Assembly: GCF_004010195.1 (NCBI RefSeq)
Contig: NC_057719.1
Coordinates: 46,980,470 to 47,037,179 of the forward strand
DNA length: 56,710 nt
From: Chiloscyllium plagiosum
Lineage: Eukaryota
Reading direction: 5' to 3'
The notes beneath the pieces were generated by a model. It was not told the DNA's origin. It made no database searches and saw only the letters and a list, made by a program, of their open reading frames with translations. This document shows, one piece after another, positions 36,924 through 49,779 of the stretch; position 1 is the first letter of the stretch; each line of letters opens with the position of its first letter. The position numbers and the translations under genes are program-made.

Positions 36924-37127
36924 CTGAAAATGTGTTGCTGGAAAAGTGCAGCAGGTCAGACAGCATCCAAGGAGCAGGAGATTCGACGTTTCGGGCATTC
37001 CTGAAGAAGGGCTCATGCCCGAAACGTCGATTCTCCTGCTCCTTGGATGCTGCCTGACCTGCTGCACTATTCCAGCAACACATTTTCAGCTCTGATCTCC
37101 AGCATCTGCAGTCCTCACTTTCTCCTT
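36924..37127. mobile_element. Palindromic family-A PLE-end insertion with 13-bp TSD (1 mismatch)
   Basis: caacattaaaaag (36911-36923) and caacattataaag (37128-37140). Arms invert at ~36996. Confidence 0.85.
36997..37032 (+). ncRNA. Minimal hammerhead ribozyme motif (family A), intact core
   Basis: attc-CTGAAGA-A-GGGC-TCAT-GCCC-GAAA-C-GTC-gatt. The inverted arm reads GTC-gaat, fully complementary to attc. Confidence 0.75.
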
Positions 37128-37389
37128 CAACATTATAAAGGCATCTTGATGGGTATATGAATAGGAAAGGTTTAGAGGGATAGGGGCCAAATGCTGGCAA
37201 ATGGAAATACATTTATCTCGGATATCTGGTTGGCATGACAAGTTGGACTGAATGGTCTATTTTCTTTCTGTACATATCTCTGACTCTATGACTCTAAGTC
37301 AAGGAGGTGAACCAATAAAAAATACTGAGTGTGTCAATCACTGAGTGCTGGCTGATGGTACTGTTTGTCTTCTAGAGGGGTTAATGAAA

Positions 37390-38448
37390 AAGAATATATT
37401 AATTGGAAGTATTCATTGAGATTACAAATCAGTCTTATTATAAAGAGTTGGATTAAAGAGTTACTTTGTAAATGGAGAAATTGTAGTGGGAGCAGTGAAA
37501 CAAATTTCTATAGAAGGAATTAGCTTTATTTTGGGAAACGGTTCAAGAACATTGACTAAGAATACCACCTAAGATGCTTGAACACTCAGTAGAAAAGAAA
37601 GTGAAATGTTACAAGAGAAACATCTTGATTGCTCTCTGACTGTGGTGTGGCTAGATCTCAGGACCATCAAGTTAGATCGGAAGATAAGGACTCCACAAAA
37701 CAGGGAGATGATTTGTAAGTTCAGTCACTGAACATAATTTAACAAAAATGGGTGAAGGTTAAGAGAATACATTTAGCCTTTATTCATTAATAGAAATGCA
37801 AGAAAGAGATTGCATTTGAGTGTTGTTCTAAACTCTTTAGGCTAAATCTTTCTTTTTTTCCTCCTTAAGTTATTCAAATCAGTGCTATTTCGCAACCAGT
37901 GAAAGCTTTCACTGTATTTTATAGTATTCTTATTGTAAAATACATGTGACAATAAATTCAAATCAATCAAACAGCTGACTCAGTCATTGAATCAGAAAAA
38001 AGTACCTGTGTTAATCCTTGAAGAACAAAGTATTAATGAGGACATGGAGACTGCCTCAAGTACAGATGATAAGGAATGGACTGCGATCCATCAGGTGGTG
38101 GATCCATTTGTGTATCGCCATGAAATTTTATGAGGGACTCATGAAATTTCGATGGCAGATCACGGAGGTGTAAGGAGAACACAGGTAACATGTAAACACA
38201 TCTTTATCAGCCAGGGCTACATAAAGATATGATCAAATCTTGGCAGTTATGCCACATGTGGGTAAACCCTAACCCTCAATTAAACTTGAACTTTCAATTC
38301 TGATACCAGTTTTTGAAGAACTATTTAGCAGACTCTTAATAGATAGTGTAGGGTCCCTAGAAAGAACCAGGACTAGGGACTAGTGTCTTTTATTGTTTAT
38401 GGACACTTCCATTGGATTTCCTGAAGCAGTCTCTTCCTGAAAATTTAC
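37390..38448 (+). mobile_element. Older Gmr1-like Gypsy internal remnant (protease then integrase)
   Basis: VGAVKQISIEGISFILGN, EWTAIHQVV, DHGGVRRT, PGLHKDM..LCHM, IPVFEELFSRLLIDSVG and GFPEAV; collinear with 14300-13430 of the complete element. Confidence 0.7.
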
Positions 38449-38533
38449 TGTGGAGGTGCTGGCGTTAGACTGGGATGGACAAAGTTAAAGATCACACAAC
38501 ACCAGGTTATAGTCCAACAGGTTTAATCGGAAG

Positions 38534-38568
38534 TACTAGCTTTCGGAGCATCGCTCCTTCATCAGGTG
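38534..38568 (-). ncRNA. Minimal hammerhead ribozyme motif (family C), intact core
   Basis: cac-CTGATGA-A-GGAGC-GAT-GCTCC-GAAA-G-CTA-gta; palindromic AGCT helix III. Confidence 0.72.
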
Positions 38569-39454
38569 GTTGTGGAGCAGGATCATAGGACACAGAATTA
38601 TAGCAAAAGATCATAGTATCGTGCAACTGATGTGATATATTGAACAAACCAAAATTGCTGTTAAATCTTTCATCTTTTAAATTGGGTGCAGGTTTCGATT
38701 CATTAATATGAAAATGACAGAACTTCTTTCCAGTTGCATTCCTAAGATGACTTAAGGTTTTATTAAAAAAACGTTGTCAGCTCAGACAATGCATTAAAGG
38801 TGTGAGGTTAGAGTCTGTCTGTACCCCTATCTTGAGTCAAACTGGCCCTATTTCCAAAGTAGGAATTTATAAAATGTCACATGGATTGACTGCCTACAGA
38901 TTGTATACTTTTTGAACAAAAAGAATATATCTGCAATTACATATTCGCCCCATAGACTTGTGTGTGTGTGCATGCATGTGAGGAAAAGAGAGTGTGTGTG
39001 TGTCTCTGTGTGTAAAATGTCACATGGATTGACTGCCTACAGATTGTATACTTTTTGAACAAAAAGAATATATCTGCAATTACATATTCGCCCCATAGAC
39101 TTTTGCGTGTGTGTGTGTGTGCGCATGCATGTGAGGAAAAGAGAGTGTGTGTGTGTGTCTCTGTGTGCATGTGAGTGAGTGTGTGTGCATGAGTGTGATG
39201 GAGTATATGCCTGTGAGAGGGTGTGCGCATGGGTGTGAGTGCGGGGCTGTGTGTGTGTGTGTGTGTATATGTGTGCCGGAGAGACAGCGTGTGAATGAGA
39301 TAGGATCTTTGTGAGTGTGTGAGTATATAAGAGTGTGTGTGCAAGTGTGCTTGTGTGTGAGTGTAGTGGAGTCACCTGTAGTGTGACATGAACCCACGGT
39401 CCTGTTTGAGGCCATCTTCATGGGTACTGAACATGGCTATCAGCCTCTGCTCAG

Positions 39455-39760
39455 GCATGTATACGGCAGGTGCTCATGTGACTCGGCCAACGTTGTCTAT
39501 CCCATTTGTGGCAGGCAAGGATGTCCTGAGACATGGTACATTGCTGAGACAAAGCAGACACCACGGCAACACGCCAGACAGGGGAACACTTCAGCGGTCA
39601 GGGTCATTCGGCCTCCGATCTTCGGGTGACCATCCTCCAAGGCAGACTTTGGAATCAGCAACAACGCAGAGTGGCCGAGAGGACGCTGATAGCCAAGTTC
39701 GGTACCCATGGGGATGGCCTCAACTGGGACCTTAGGTTCATGTCACACTACTGGTGACCC
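39455..39760 (+). pseudogene. GIY-YIG endonuclease remnant of a PLE
   Basis: GRCSCDSANVVYPIC..CPETWYIAETKQT, then after a deletion EHFSGQGHSASDLRVTIL..LIAKFGTHGDGLN. Confidence 0.8.
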
Positions 39761-40374
39761 CACTGCACTATACACTCTCTCACACACACATACACATACA
39801 TTAACACACAAACTCTTACATACTCACCTCACCCTCTCTCATACACATGCTCTCACCTAGGCACGCGTGTGTATACACACACGTGCACACACTCTCATAG
39901 ACATATACTCCATCACACTCATGCACACAATCAATCAAGCGCGCGCACACACACACACACACACAAGTCTATGGGGCGAATATGCATTTGCAGAATAGTT
40001 TTTGCAAATAGTATGTTTTGTTCAAAAAGCACACAATCTGTAGGCAGTCAATCCATGTGACATTTTATAAATTCCTACTTTGGAAAATAGAGCCAGTCTG
40101 ACTCAAGATTGGGATACAGACAGACTCTAACCTCACACCTTTAGTGCATTGTCTGAGCGGAGATGTCACCTTTTTTTGTAAAGCCTTTAGTTATCTCGGG
40201 AATGTGACTTGAAAGAAGTTCTGCGGTTTATATGTTAATGAATCAAAAGCTGCAATCCAATTTAAAAGATGAAAGATTTATAGCAATCTAAGTTTTTTCA
40301 ATATATTGCATTAGTTGTCTGACACTATGATCTTTTGCTATAAATTCTGTGTCCTACAGTCCTGCTCCACCAGC

Positions 40375-40409
40375 TACCTGTTGAAGGAGCAGCGCTCCGA
40401 AAGCTTGTA
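40375..40409 (+). ncRNA. Hammerhead motif (family C), core mutated to CTGTTGA
   Basis: tac-CTGTTGA-A-GGAGC-AGC-GCTCC-GAAA-G-CTT-gta. Confidence 0.55.
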
Positions 40410-40699
40410 CTTCCAAAACCTGTTGGACCATAAGCTGGTATCGTGTGATTTTTAACTTTGAAAAATTACGGTTAAAAGATGATTTTCGTTGCCACCTCAG
40501 CCTTTCCATTTGACTGGGAATAATGTGGAATAGTAATATGGAGTTGAATGTTTCAGTCAGTTTTGAAGTGACTGAATTTTTGATTCGTGATTTAAGGGCG
40601 ATTTTCACACATCAAAGTTGGGGGTGCTTAACAACTGAAGCATGCTTTCAGGCATTCTAGATTTGCATTGGCAGTCATAGATGCCAGCAGTTCAACCTC

Positions 40700-40990
40700 C
40701 CAGTTGGTACAATAGTAGCTGATGGCAACAAGATGGTTACACATGCCAATTTGCCATTTCCACTACTCCGGAAGAGTATCAGCCAAGACAGCACAAGATG
40801 GTCAGTGATCTTCCTGGAGTGGACATTGTTGTGGATGATCTTCTCTATGAACATGGAAACACAATGGAAAAGCAATCACAGACCACCACCAGACTCAACC
40901 ATGGCTGCCAGAGAGAGAGGGATCAGCAAACAAACTGAAAGCTAAACAAGAAAAATATGTGATTGAAGATGGTTGAGGTCAAATACATTA
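40700..40990 (+). mobile_element. Decayed Ty3/Gypsy RT fragment (different family)
   Basis: STTPEEYQPRQHKMVSDLPGVDIVVDDLL, later KMVEVKYI. Confidence 0.65.
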
Positions 40991-42889
40991 ATCATGGTGC
41001 ATATGTTCAGGAATTACTATATGTGAGACAGGGGGCATAGAAATGTCCATGTTATTGTAATAAACACTGTCAATAGTTACATTTAAATCTGAGATTGAGA
41101 TGTGAGATTCAGTGTAAAGGACAAGAAACACCTGGTTAAAATCTTCGAGCTTTGTGCTATTGTAAGGGACATGCATCTACCCTGCCTTCACCAGTCTGGG
41201 AATGGTGTGGATAAGGCAATGGCTTTCTGTGTGTAGAAGTGTGTCAGTTATTTTAAAACAGATTAAGAAGGCAGTTCACCATCTGTTTCTCACATCAATT
41301 ATTGATTAACCATAATTGCTGACCTTGTCAGCAATGCTCTTATCCCATGAGCAAAGAAAAAACATTGTTAAAGTAATTTCCTGCCATTCAAGCAATCAAG
41401 CTTCTCTTCAAGGTGTGTCTGGGTTGCAAGCTTTAAAGTAAACCATTTGTGCCAGTATCAGGCCGTTCTGGCATTTGATCATTCCCATCTTATCTTCATT
41501 TTCAAGCACCTCCAATGCATGCAGGTGCAAGTCATGGTTTTTGACTATGCTTACATTACATATACCATTCTAACCTCATAGCAACATCAGTGCATATACA
41601 ACAGAAAAGTCCCAAACTCAAACATTATTAATGGGGCAGAAGTATGACAGAAAAAGATCATAATAAAATTGTATCCCAACTGAACTATACTTACATCAAA
41701 GTTCATTGCAAAATTCAAACAAAATTTAGTCATTTTTTCTTACAAATATTAATCCAATTCCTATATTCTCTTTAATTCCTGTGGACATTTGCCACACCAT
41801 GTCATCAGCATAGATTGTTCAAAAGATTTCTAAAGAAAAAAATCTCATTGTTCAGCAAGTTTAATTTCTGGGTACTTCAGTAATTACAAAACAGAGTTGA
41901 AGCAATTCAATTCACCACAGTCTGTGTTGAGTTAGCTGTTCACAGGTAGGGCTGTGCTTAGGAGAAGAATAATCATTGATCCTGGGATAGCAAAGAGAAC
42001 ATTGGCAAGGTTTTCACTTCTAAATGCCATCCAGTGGCTCCAAGTGCATTATATGTGTGGCCTTCAGGTGAAGGTAACATCACGCCTAGCAATTATATTA
42101 ATCAAAGTTTAGCATCCTGCAAGACCCACACAGAAATAATGGATCATAGATGAAGCTCTGAAAGACAATCGAAGGGCATAGAATCATACCTCAGCCAACA
42201 AGCCAAAGTATTCAAGAGAGTAAGGGACAAGAGAAAATCAGCTGATAAGCAAAGGGAAAGCTTTGTCTTGCCTAGATTAACTGTTTACTTGTGCTGATTT
42301 AAGAGAGCTTTGCTATAGCTCCATGAAGGACTGCAGAACGTATTTTACAGCATTAAACATTTTATCGCTTCAAAATCATGTGAACATTTCCATGACATTT
42401 TGGCAAAACAACTTGGAAATATCAGGTCGTATCCTTTCAACCACAATTTCTTCTTTGAATTCTGTTTTTCATTTGTTAAAGTAGTCAAGTGTGTGCTGGA
42501 ATACCCCTGAGACTATAGTTCATTGTCTGACTTGGAAAACATTGCTCAACTCCTAAGTATATCATACAAGATGGAAATCAAAATCCTGACAACAACGTTT
42601 CTTTTTTGTACTGAAGTCCTGCTTTAATGTGTTCAGAACATTAAAGCTCTTGGTCACAGCATGAGCAAATTCTACAGTTAACTTTGTTTAATTACTGTGA
42701 AGTTGCATCCTACGAATCCAGTAAAATACATATTTGAAGATTTCATTTAAAGGTTAAAATAGATTCATTTGTTGCCATACAGTAAATCAGGAGCAAATAG
42801 TATAAATTGAAATCGAGAACATTTTGTTTACAAGGAAGAAGTGCCATTAGAATTGAAACAAAATATAACTTTTCACAATTTTGTTTCAA

Positions 42890-43530
42890 TTCATTCACAT
42901 GATGTGGTCATCACTGGCTAAGCCAACATTTTCTGTCAACCCTAATTGCCCAGAGGGCAATTAAAAGTCAACCACATTACATTGGAATCACATGAAGATC
43001 ATCCGATCTGCTTCCCTGAAGGACATTGGAGAATCAGAGGGGCTTTTCCTGATAACACCAGTTTCAAGGCCATCATTGGGGTGGCAAAGTGGCTCAGTGG
43101 TTAGCATTGCTGCCTCACAGAGTCAGGGACCCGGGTTTGATTCCAGCCTTGGGTGACTGTCTATGTGGAGGTTGCACATTCTCCCCGTGTCTGCATTGGT
43201 TTCCTCTGGGTACTCCAGTTTCTTCCCACAGTCCAAAGATGTACAGGTCAGGTGAATTGGCCATACTAAATTGTCCATAGTGTTAGGTGCATTAGTCAGA
43301 GGGAAATGGGTCTGGGTGGATTACTCTTCAGAGGGTTGGTGTGGACTTGTTGGGCTGGACTTGTTGCGCTGAAGGGCCTGTTTTCACACTGTAGGGAATC
43401 TAATCTAAAAATGTTAGACTCTTAATTCCAAATTCACCATCTGCCATAGTGGGATTTGAATCCAAGTCCCCAGATCATTACCAGGGTCTCTGGGTTAATA
43501 GCCTGGCAATAACACCACCGGGGCCATTGT
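42890..43530 (-). mobile_element. Older tRNA-derived SINE split by an HE1 SINE
   Basis: Minus head caatggccccggtggtgttattgccagg..ggattcaaatcccac; tail side at 42890-43077. Confidence 0.5.
43078..43408 (+). mobile_element. HE1-type SINE
   Basis: Same family; small internal duplication ggacttgttg. Confidence 0.85.
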
Positions 43531-43696
43531 TATTATTGTCAGTTGTGTGGGGAATCACAGCAGCTAAGGAAGCCGAATGGAATAATGGTATGGTACTGAC
43601 AAATGAATAATTTTAAAACATGCACAAATACCCAATCAAGAGAAGCTGGTTTAAAGTCCTGACTTTCCTGATGTTGAGATATTCAGAGTTAACAAA

Positions 43697-44075
43697 GAAC
43701 TGCATTTATATAGAGCTTTTCATTACATTAGAGTGTTCACAAGAACCTGACAGTCTATAAAGTATTTCTGAGGTGAGATCACTGTTTTAGGAACTGTGGT
43801 CATTAATTTATTCACAGCAACAGCCAACAAAAAGCTATGAGCTAATGATCGGGTTTTTATTAGTGATGTCGATTGAAGGATAAATATTGCTCGTACACCA
43901 AACTCTTCTCTGCTCTTTAAAATAATCTAGCTATGGTCTCACTTTTACATCTCATCATAAAGAACAGCATTTCTGTAAGTTCATACTCAATACTGCACTG
44001 AAGTTCTAGCCCAGATTTTGTGCTCAAATCCCAAGAGGAAGTTAACCCAACAACCTTTTGCCTCTGAACTGCGTG
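43697..44075 (-). mobile_element. Ancient Deu-domain SINE remnant (SacSINE1/AmnSINE-like)
   Basis: aactgcatttatatag tail, ttttacatctcatc, tactgcactgaag...gattttgtgctcaa...cccacaaccttttgcctc. Confidence 0.55.
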
Positions 44076-44938
44076 TCATCACTGTTGCAAAAGTTAACAC
44101 CAAATTAAAAAAAAGCTTCCTCCTTTGCTGTACTGCAAATTACTAAGAATGCTTTCTTAATTGAAAACTATTTGCATGTGAGATAACAAAGTCCCAATGG
44201 GAAAGGCAAAACAACAACCAATTAGTTTATTGATGTAACTTCTCCACCCAATAGTATGGGAAAGAGTTCTTATTATAAAACATGTACCAACGACGGAGAC
44301 TGAAAAAAAGCAGAGAGCTAGAACGATCAAAATCTTATGAAATTGGTTGCAAATTACAAACAGATTAAAATGAGAGGTATTACATTAAAATTCTACATAG
44401 CTCTGCTAAGCTGCTCCAACTGACCTGTGCAATTGTAAATAGTCAAACTTCAAACCTTTATTGAATCATGAACACAAAAGACAATCAAAGCCCCAGTTAT
44501 CAACATAGCAACTCCAGATTTGTAAGCTGATTTGTCAGCATTCAGACCTTTTGTTTATTTGATTAGTAAAAGTAAGTTAAAATAGACACTTATATGATAT
44601 ACCTTAAAACCTGTCATACAGTCATAGAGATGTACAGCATAGAAACAGACCCTTGAATCCAACCTGTCCATGCCGACCAGATATCCCAACCCAATGTAGT
44701 CCCACCTGCCAGCACCCGGCCCATATCCCTCCAAACCCTTCTTATTCATATACCCATCCAGATGCCTCTTAAATGTTGTAATTGTACCAGCCTCCACCAC
44801 TTCCTCTGGCAGCTCATTCCATACACCCACCATCCTCTGCGTGAAACCATTGTCCCTTGGTTCCCTTTTAAATCCTTCCTCTTTCACCCTAAACCTATTC
44901 CCCTCCAGCTCTGGTCTCCCCCACCCCAGGGAAAAGAC

Positions 44939-46484
44939 AAAGAACAAACAGAACAAAGAAAATTTACAGCGCAGAAACAGCCCCTTCAGCCCTCCAAGTC
45001 TGTGCCGATTCAAATCCACTGTCTGAAACTATTGCCCAATTCCTAAGGATCTGTATCCCTCTGCTCCCCACCTACTCATGCATCTGGCCAAATGCACCTT
45101 AAATGAATCTACCACACCTGCCTCTACTACCTCTGCTGGCAATGCGTTCCAGGCACCTACCACCCTGTGTGAAGTACTTTCCACATGTATCCCCCTTAAA
45201 CTTTCCACCTCTCACCTTGAACACGTGACCTCTCGTTATTGAATCCCTCGCCCTGGGCAAAACACTTCTCTCTATCTATCTGTCTATAACCTTCACCATT
45301 TTGTAGACCTCAATCAGGTCCCCCTTCAATCTCCTTTTTTTCTAATGAAAACAACCCTAACCTACTCACCCTCTATTCGTAGCTAGCACCTTCCATACCA
45401 GGCAACATCCTCATAAACCTTTTCTGCACCTTCTCCAAAGCGTCCACATCCTTTTGGTAATGTGGTGACCAGAACTTACACAGTACTCCAAATGCAGCTG
45501 AACCAAAGTCTTGTACAATTTTAATATGACCTGCCAGCTCTTATACGCAATACCCCTTCCGATGAAGACAAGCATACTATATGCCTTCTTGACCATTCTA
45601 TCCACTTGTACAGCCACCTTCAGGGTACAATGGACCTGCACTCCCAGATCTCACTGCTCATCAACTTTTCCCAAGGCTCTTCCGTTTATGGTATAATTCG
45701 TTCTAGAATTAGACCTTTCAAAATATATCACCTCTCACATTTGTCTGGATTGAAATCCATCTGTCACTTTTCCGCCCAACTCTCCAGTCTATCTATATCC
45801 TCCTGTATTCTCCGACAGTCCCTTATGCTTTCTGCTACTCCACCAATCTTCGTGTCATCTGCAAACTTACTAATCATACCCTCTTCCAGATCATTTATGT
45901 ATATTACAAACAACAGTGGCCCAACACTGACCCCTGTGGAACACCACTGGTCACCTTTCTCCATTTCGAGAAACTCCCATCAACTACTACTCTCTGTCTC
46001 CTGTTGCTCAACCAGTTCTTTATCCACCTAGCTAGAACACCCTGCACACCATGTGACTTCACTTTCTTCATTAGTTTACCATGGGGAAACCTTATCAAAT
46101 GCCTTACTAAATTCCATGTATATGACATCAACAGCCCTTCCTTCATCTATCAACTTGGTCACTTCCTCGAAGAACTCTATTAAGTTGGTAAGACATGATC
46201 TCCTCCACGCAAAACCATGTTTCTATCACTGATAAGCCCATTATCTTCCAAATATAAATAGATCCTATGTCTCAGTACCTTCTCCTGCAACTTTCCCACC
46301 ACTGACATCAGGCTCACTGGTCTGTAGTTACCTGGAATATCTCTACTCTCCTTGTACAGGGGGACAACATGAGCAACTCTCCAGCCCTCCGGCACTTCAC
46401 CTGTGTTTAAGGATGCTACAAAGATATCTGTCAAGGCACCAGCTATTTTCTGTCTCGCCTCCCTCAGCAATCTGGGACCAGGAG
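44939..46484 (-). mobile_element. Second CR1 subfamily copy nested in the first
   Basis: Distinct (agaacaa)n tail; GNYRPVSL, SGVPQGSVLG and SKFADDTK. Confidence 0.88.
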
Positions 46485-46645
46485 GTTGCCGGCAAGCTAA
46501 GTGAACAGTATAAATACTTACCTTCAAAGGCAACGACCTTTTTCCTGTCTGGGAGCAGTGGGAGACAGAACGGAGGTGATGTTGGGAATAGGGGGTTGCG
46601 GAAAGGTAAGTGAACAGTATAAATAATTACCTTCGAAGGCCATGG
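46485..46645 (+). repeat. Short segment with two 34-bp direct repeats; possible inverted LINE 5' UTR piece
   Basis: taagtgaacagtataaata(c/a)ttaccttc(a/g)aaggc at 46498-46531 and 46607-46640. Confidence 0.6.
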
Positions 46646-47297
46646 GCTATAGACCTTGTCTATTTACTCTATCCATGCCTCTCATGATTTTATAAACCTG
46701 TATAAGGTCACCCCTCACTTACATTCTAGTGAAAACAGCTCCAGCCTGTTCAGCCTCCCCCTATAGCTCAAATCCTCCAACCCTGGCAACATCCTTGTAA
46801 ATCTTTTCTGAACCCTTTCAAGTTTCACAACATCCCACCTAGTGGAGGGAGACCAGAATTGCATGCAATATTCCAACAGTGGCCTGACCAATATCCCTTG
46901 CAGTCGCAACATTACCTCCCAACTCCTGTACTCAATAGCTGACCGATAAAGGAAAACATACCAAACGCCTTCCTCACTATCCTATCTACCTGTAACTCCA
47001 CATTCAAGAAGCTATGAACCTGTACTCCAAGGTCTCTTTGTTCAGCAACACTCCCTAGGACCTTACCATTAAGTGTATAAGTCCTGCTAAGATTTGCTTT
47101 CCCAAAATACAGCACCTCGTAATTATCTGAATTAAACTCCATCTGCCACTTCTCAGCCCATTGGCCCATCTGATCAAGATCCCTCTGTACTCTGAGGTAA
47201 CCTTCTTTGCTGTCCACTACACCTCCAATTTTGGTGTCATCTGCAAACTTACTAACTATACCTCTTATGCTCACATCCAAATCATTTATATAAATGA

Positions 47298-47444
47298 NNN
47301 NNNNNNNNNNNNNNNNNNNNNNNNNNNNNNNNNNNNNNNNNNNNNNNNNNNNNNNNNNNNNNNNNNNNNNNNNNNNNNNNNNNNNNNNNNNNNNNNNNNN
47401 NNNNNNNNNNNNNNNNNNNNNNNNNNNNNNNNNNNNNNNNNNNN
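47298..47444. other. Assembly gap (147 N)
   Basis: N run. Confidence 1.
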
Positions 47445-49779
47445 CCTTTATGTGTTTCAAGACATCCAGCACTTCCTCCTCTGTAATATGGACATTTTTC
47501 AAGATGTCACCATCTATTTCCCCACATTCTATATCTTTCATGTTCTTCTCCACAGTAAACACTGATTCAAAATACTTGTTTAGTATCTCCCCCATCTCCT
47601 CCAGCTCCACACAAAGGCCGCCTTACTGATCTTTGAAGGGCCCTATTCTCTCCCTAGTTACCCTTTTGTCCTTAATATATTTGTAAAAACGCTTTGGATT
47701 CTCCTTAATTCTATTTGCCAAAGCTATCTCATGTCCCCGCTTTGCCCTCCTAATTTCCCTCTTCAGTATACTCTTACTTCCTTTATATTCTTCGAAGGAT
47801 TCACTCAATCTCTGCTGTCTATCCTTGACATATGCTTCCTTCTCTTTCTTAACAAAAACCTCAGTTTCTTTAGTTATAGTGTAGCTTTCCCTACACCTAC
47901 CAGCCTTGCCTTTCACCAAACAGGAACATACTATCTCTGGACTCTTGTTATCTTATTACTGAAGGCTTCCCATTTTCCAGCTTTTACCTATGAACATCTG
48001 TCCCCAGTCAACTTTTGAAAGTTCTTGCTTCTTACCATCAAAATTGGCCTTCCTCCAATTTAGAACTTTAAGTTTTAGATCCAGTCTATCCTTTTCCATC
48101 ACTACTTTAAAGCTATTAGAAGTATTGTCACAGGCCCCAAAGTGCTCCCCCACTGACACCTCAGTCACTTGCCCTGCCTTATTTCCCAAGAGTAGGTCAA
48201 GTGTTGATATAAAGGCAGATTGTTTTCATTAGATTTAAGGGACATTCATAAGGCTTGATGCCATTTTCACTTCATACAGTGATGCAATCAATGCACCAAA
48301 CATAAGATTGCATATCCTGCTGCCAATGAATTTGTCACATGCATTATATCCACATTGGAGTACTGCAAAGCAGAAGCACATTATGAGTTCACATAACACA
48401 ATTTCCAGTAGATCACGAAAAGAAGCTGAACACTCCACCTCCCAAAATACAACTGGGGTAATCAGATTAAAGCACATAACCAGAAGATCCCCATCTCTAC
48501 AAGTCAGTTTCCAGACACAAGATTGCAAAATGGTCTCAGCTCTGCATGGATCAATATGTTTCAGATGAATGTGTATGGCCACACATTTGTTGCAGAAGAT
48601 TGCTGAGAAATTATTTCCACACTAACATTAAAAATGAACTGATGTTTGTACCTCAGGAAACAGAGCTTTGGACATGCCTGTATGTTTTTCTTAACAAAAC
48701 AGTGACATGAAACCAGGAGTATAAATCAGGATAACTCAGGGTTTGCAGCACTCTAAACAAATTTCCGTTAGTGTATCACCATGTTATCACCTTAATACTT
48801 CTTTTGGTAGCTGGAGACAGTGGTGCAGTATCTGTAAAGTTAGTCCAAAAATATCAAAAAATAAGTATCAATCAGTCTTAGATAGGAAACGTAAGAACGT
48901 ACAAGTAAAACAATCTCCAAGGAATGGATATTGTATGACCATTGCTTTGTTATGAATATACTCATTACATCATAATTGGTATTGTTTTGCAACTTGTCAG
49001 AAGTCACTTTTTATTTCCATGAAATTTATTTTTTGCTTTCCCTTAACATTGCGCAACTAGTATTGATTAACAGCTGCTAAATTATTTGTGACTCAATGCA
49101 GTTACCATTGATCCTTTCAATATCTGTGTTTCAATATCAATGTTAAAACTATCAAGCAAAGTGCATCGAGTAAGATTAAAAAATCTTCATCATGTGTTTT
49201 TTCAACTCAGAATAATGTTCCACTGAGACAGAGTAAACATAAATGTTATACACCTAACTGGAACAAAATCTTACTCCAGTGGTTATTTTCATCCTGACGC
49301 AAAGCATTGTAAACCTGTAACAAATGCTTTTTTGAAATACGGCTCTATGAGGAAATGTCAGGGAGAGAGACTGAGGGAGGAAATCATATTTGTACCGATG
49401 TCACAGGTAGAACTCAGAATGTAAAAATCAGTGACAGCTTTCCCAAATTCAATTTTGCCAGCATCTCAGCAAAGAAATTGGAACAGGGAGGAAAAGAAAT
49501 CTTTCACATGTCTGTCTTTCACCTGAAAATGGGGAACTGACAGTGAAAAATCTAATAGTTACCTTGAACACCTGTTCGTCAATTAAAAGATCACCCACCT
49601 ATTAGCTTGTCCAATTTAATTTTAAACTAGAATAATGTGTTGAAAATTGACCACTCCTGGGTCTGTGTCCATGTGAGTCGAGAAAGCAACAATTTTAAGT
49701 GATCATATGCAAGAAGAGGATCTCAGTTACCCAAAGATGTTTCTCAATATTACTGCGTTTATAGCACATAGAATTGCAA

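Larger units (their letters stand above)
36715..37296 (+). mobile_element. CR1 3' fragment interrupted by a PLE palindrome
   Basis: gacctaaggggcaacttttttatacagagggtgg...; tail tgactctatgactcta. Confidence 0.85.
38449..40458. mobile_element. Family-C PLE insertion: GIY-YIG end plus 3' region (plus, ~39455-40458), preceded by an inverted copy (38449-39452)
   Basis: Long imperfect inverted repeat; TSD tgaaaatttac/tgaaaaattac (38438-38448, 40459-40469). Confidence 0.85.
44613..48203 (-). mobile_element. Long CR1 LINE (44613-44938 + 46651-48203), interrupted by another CR1
   Basis: gaaaagac|agaccttgtc junctions rejoin into the family sequence. ORF2 motifs SVGEHFG, NWRKANFD, IKENPKRFYKYI, SKFADDTKIGG and RPLLEYCMQFW. 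Confidence 0.88.

Noticed and set aside
41690..41830. Minus-strand exon candidate with T-rich acceptor and gtaaga/gtaagt donors
   Set aside because: Stops in all three frames; a non-coding exon cannot be supported without RNA data.
46514..46523. atacttacct as a U1 snRNA 5' end
   Set aside because: Only 10 nt match and the downstream sequence is not U1.
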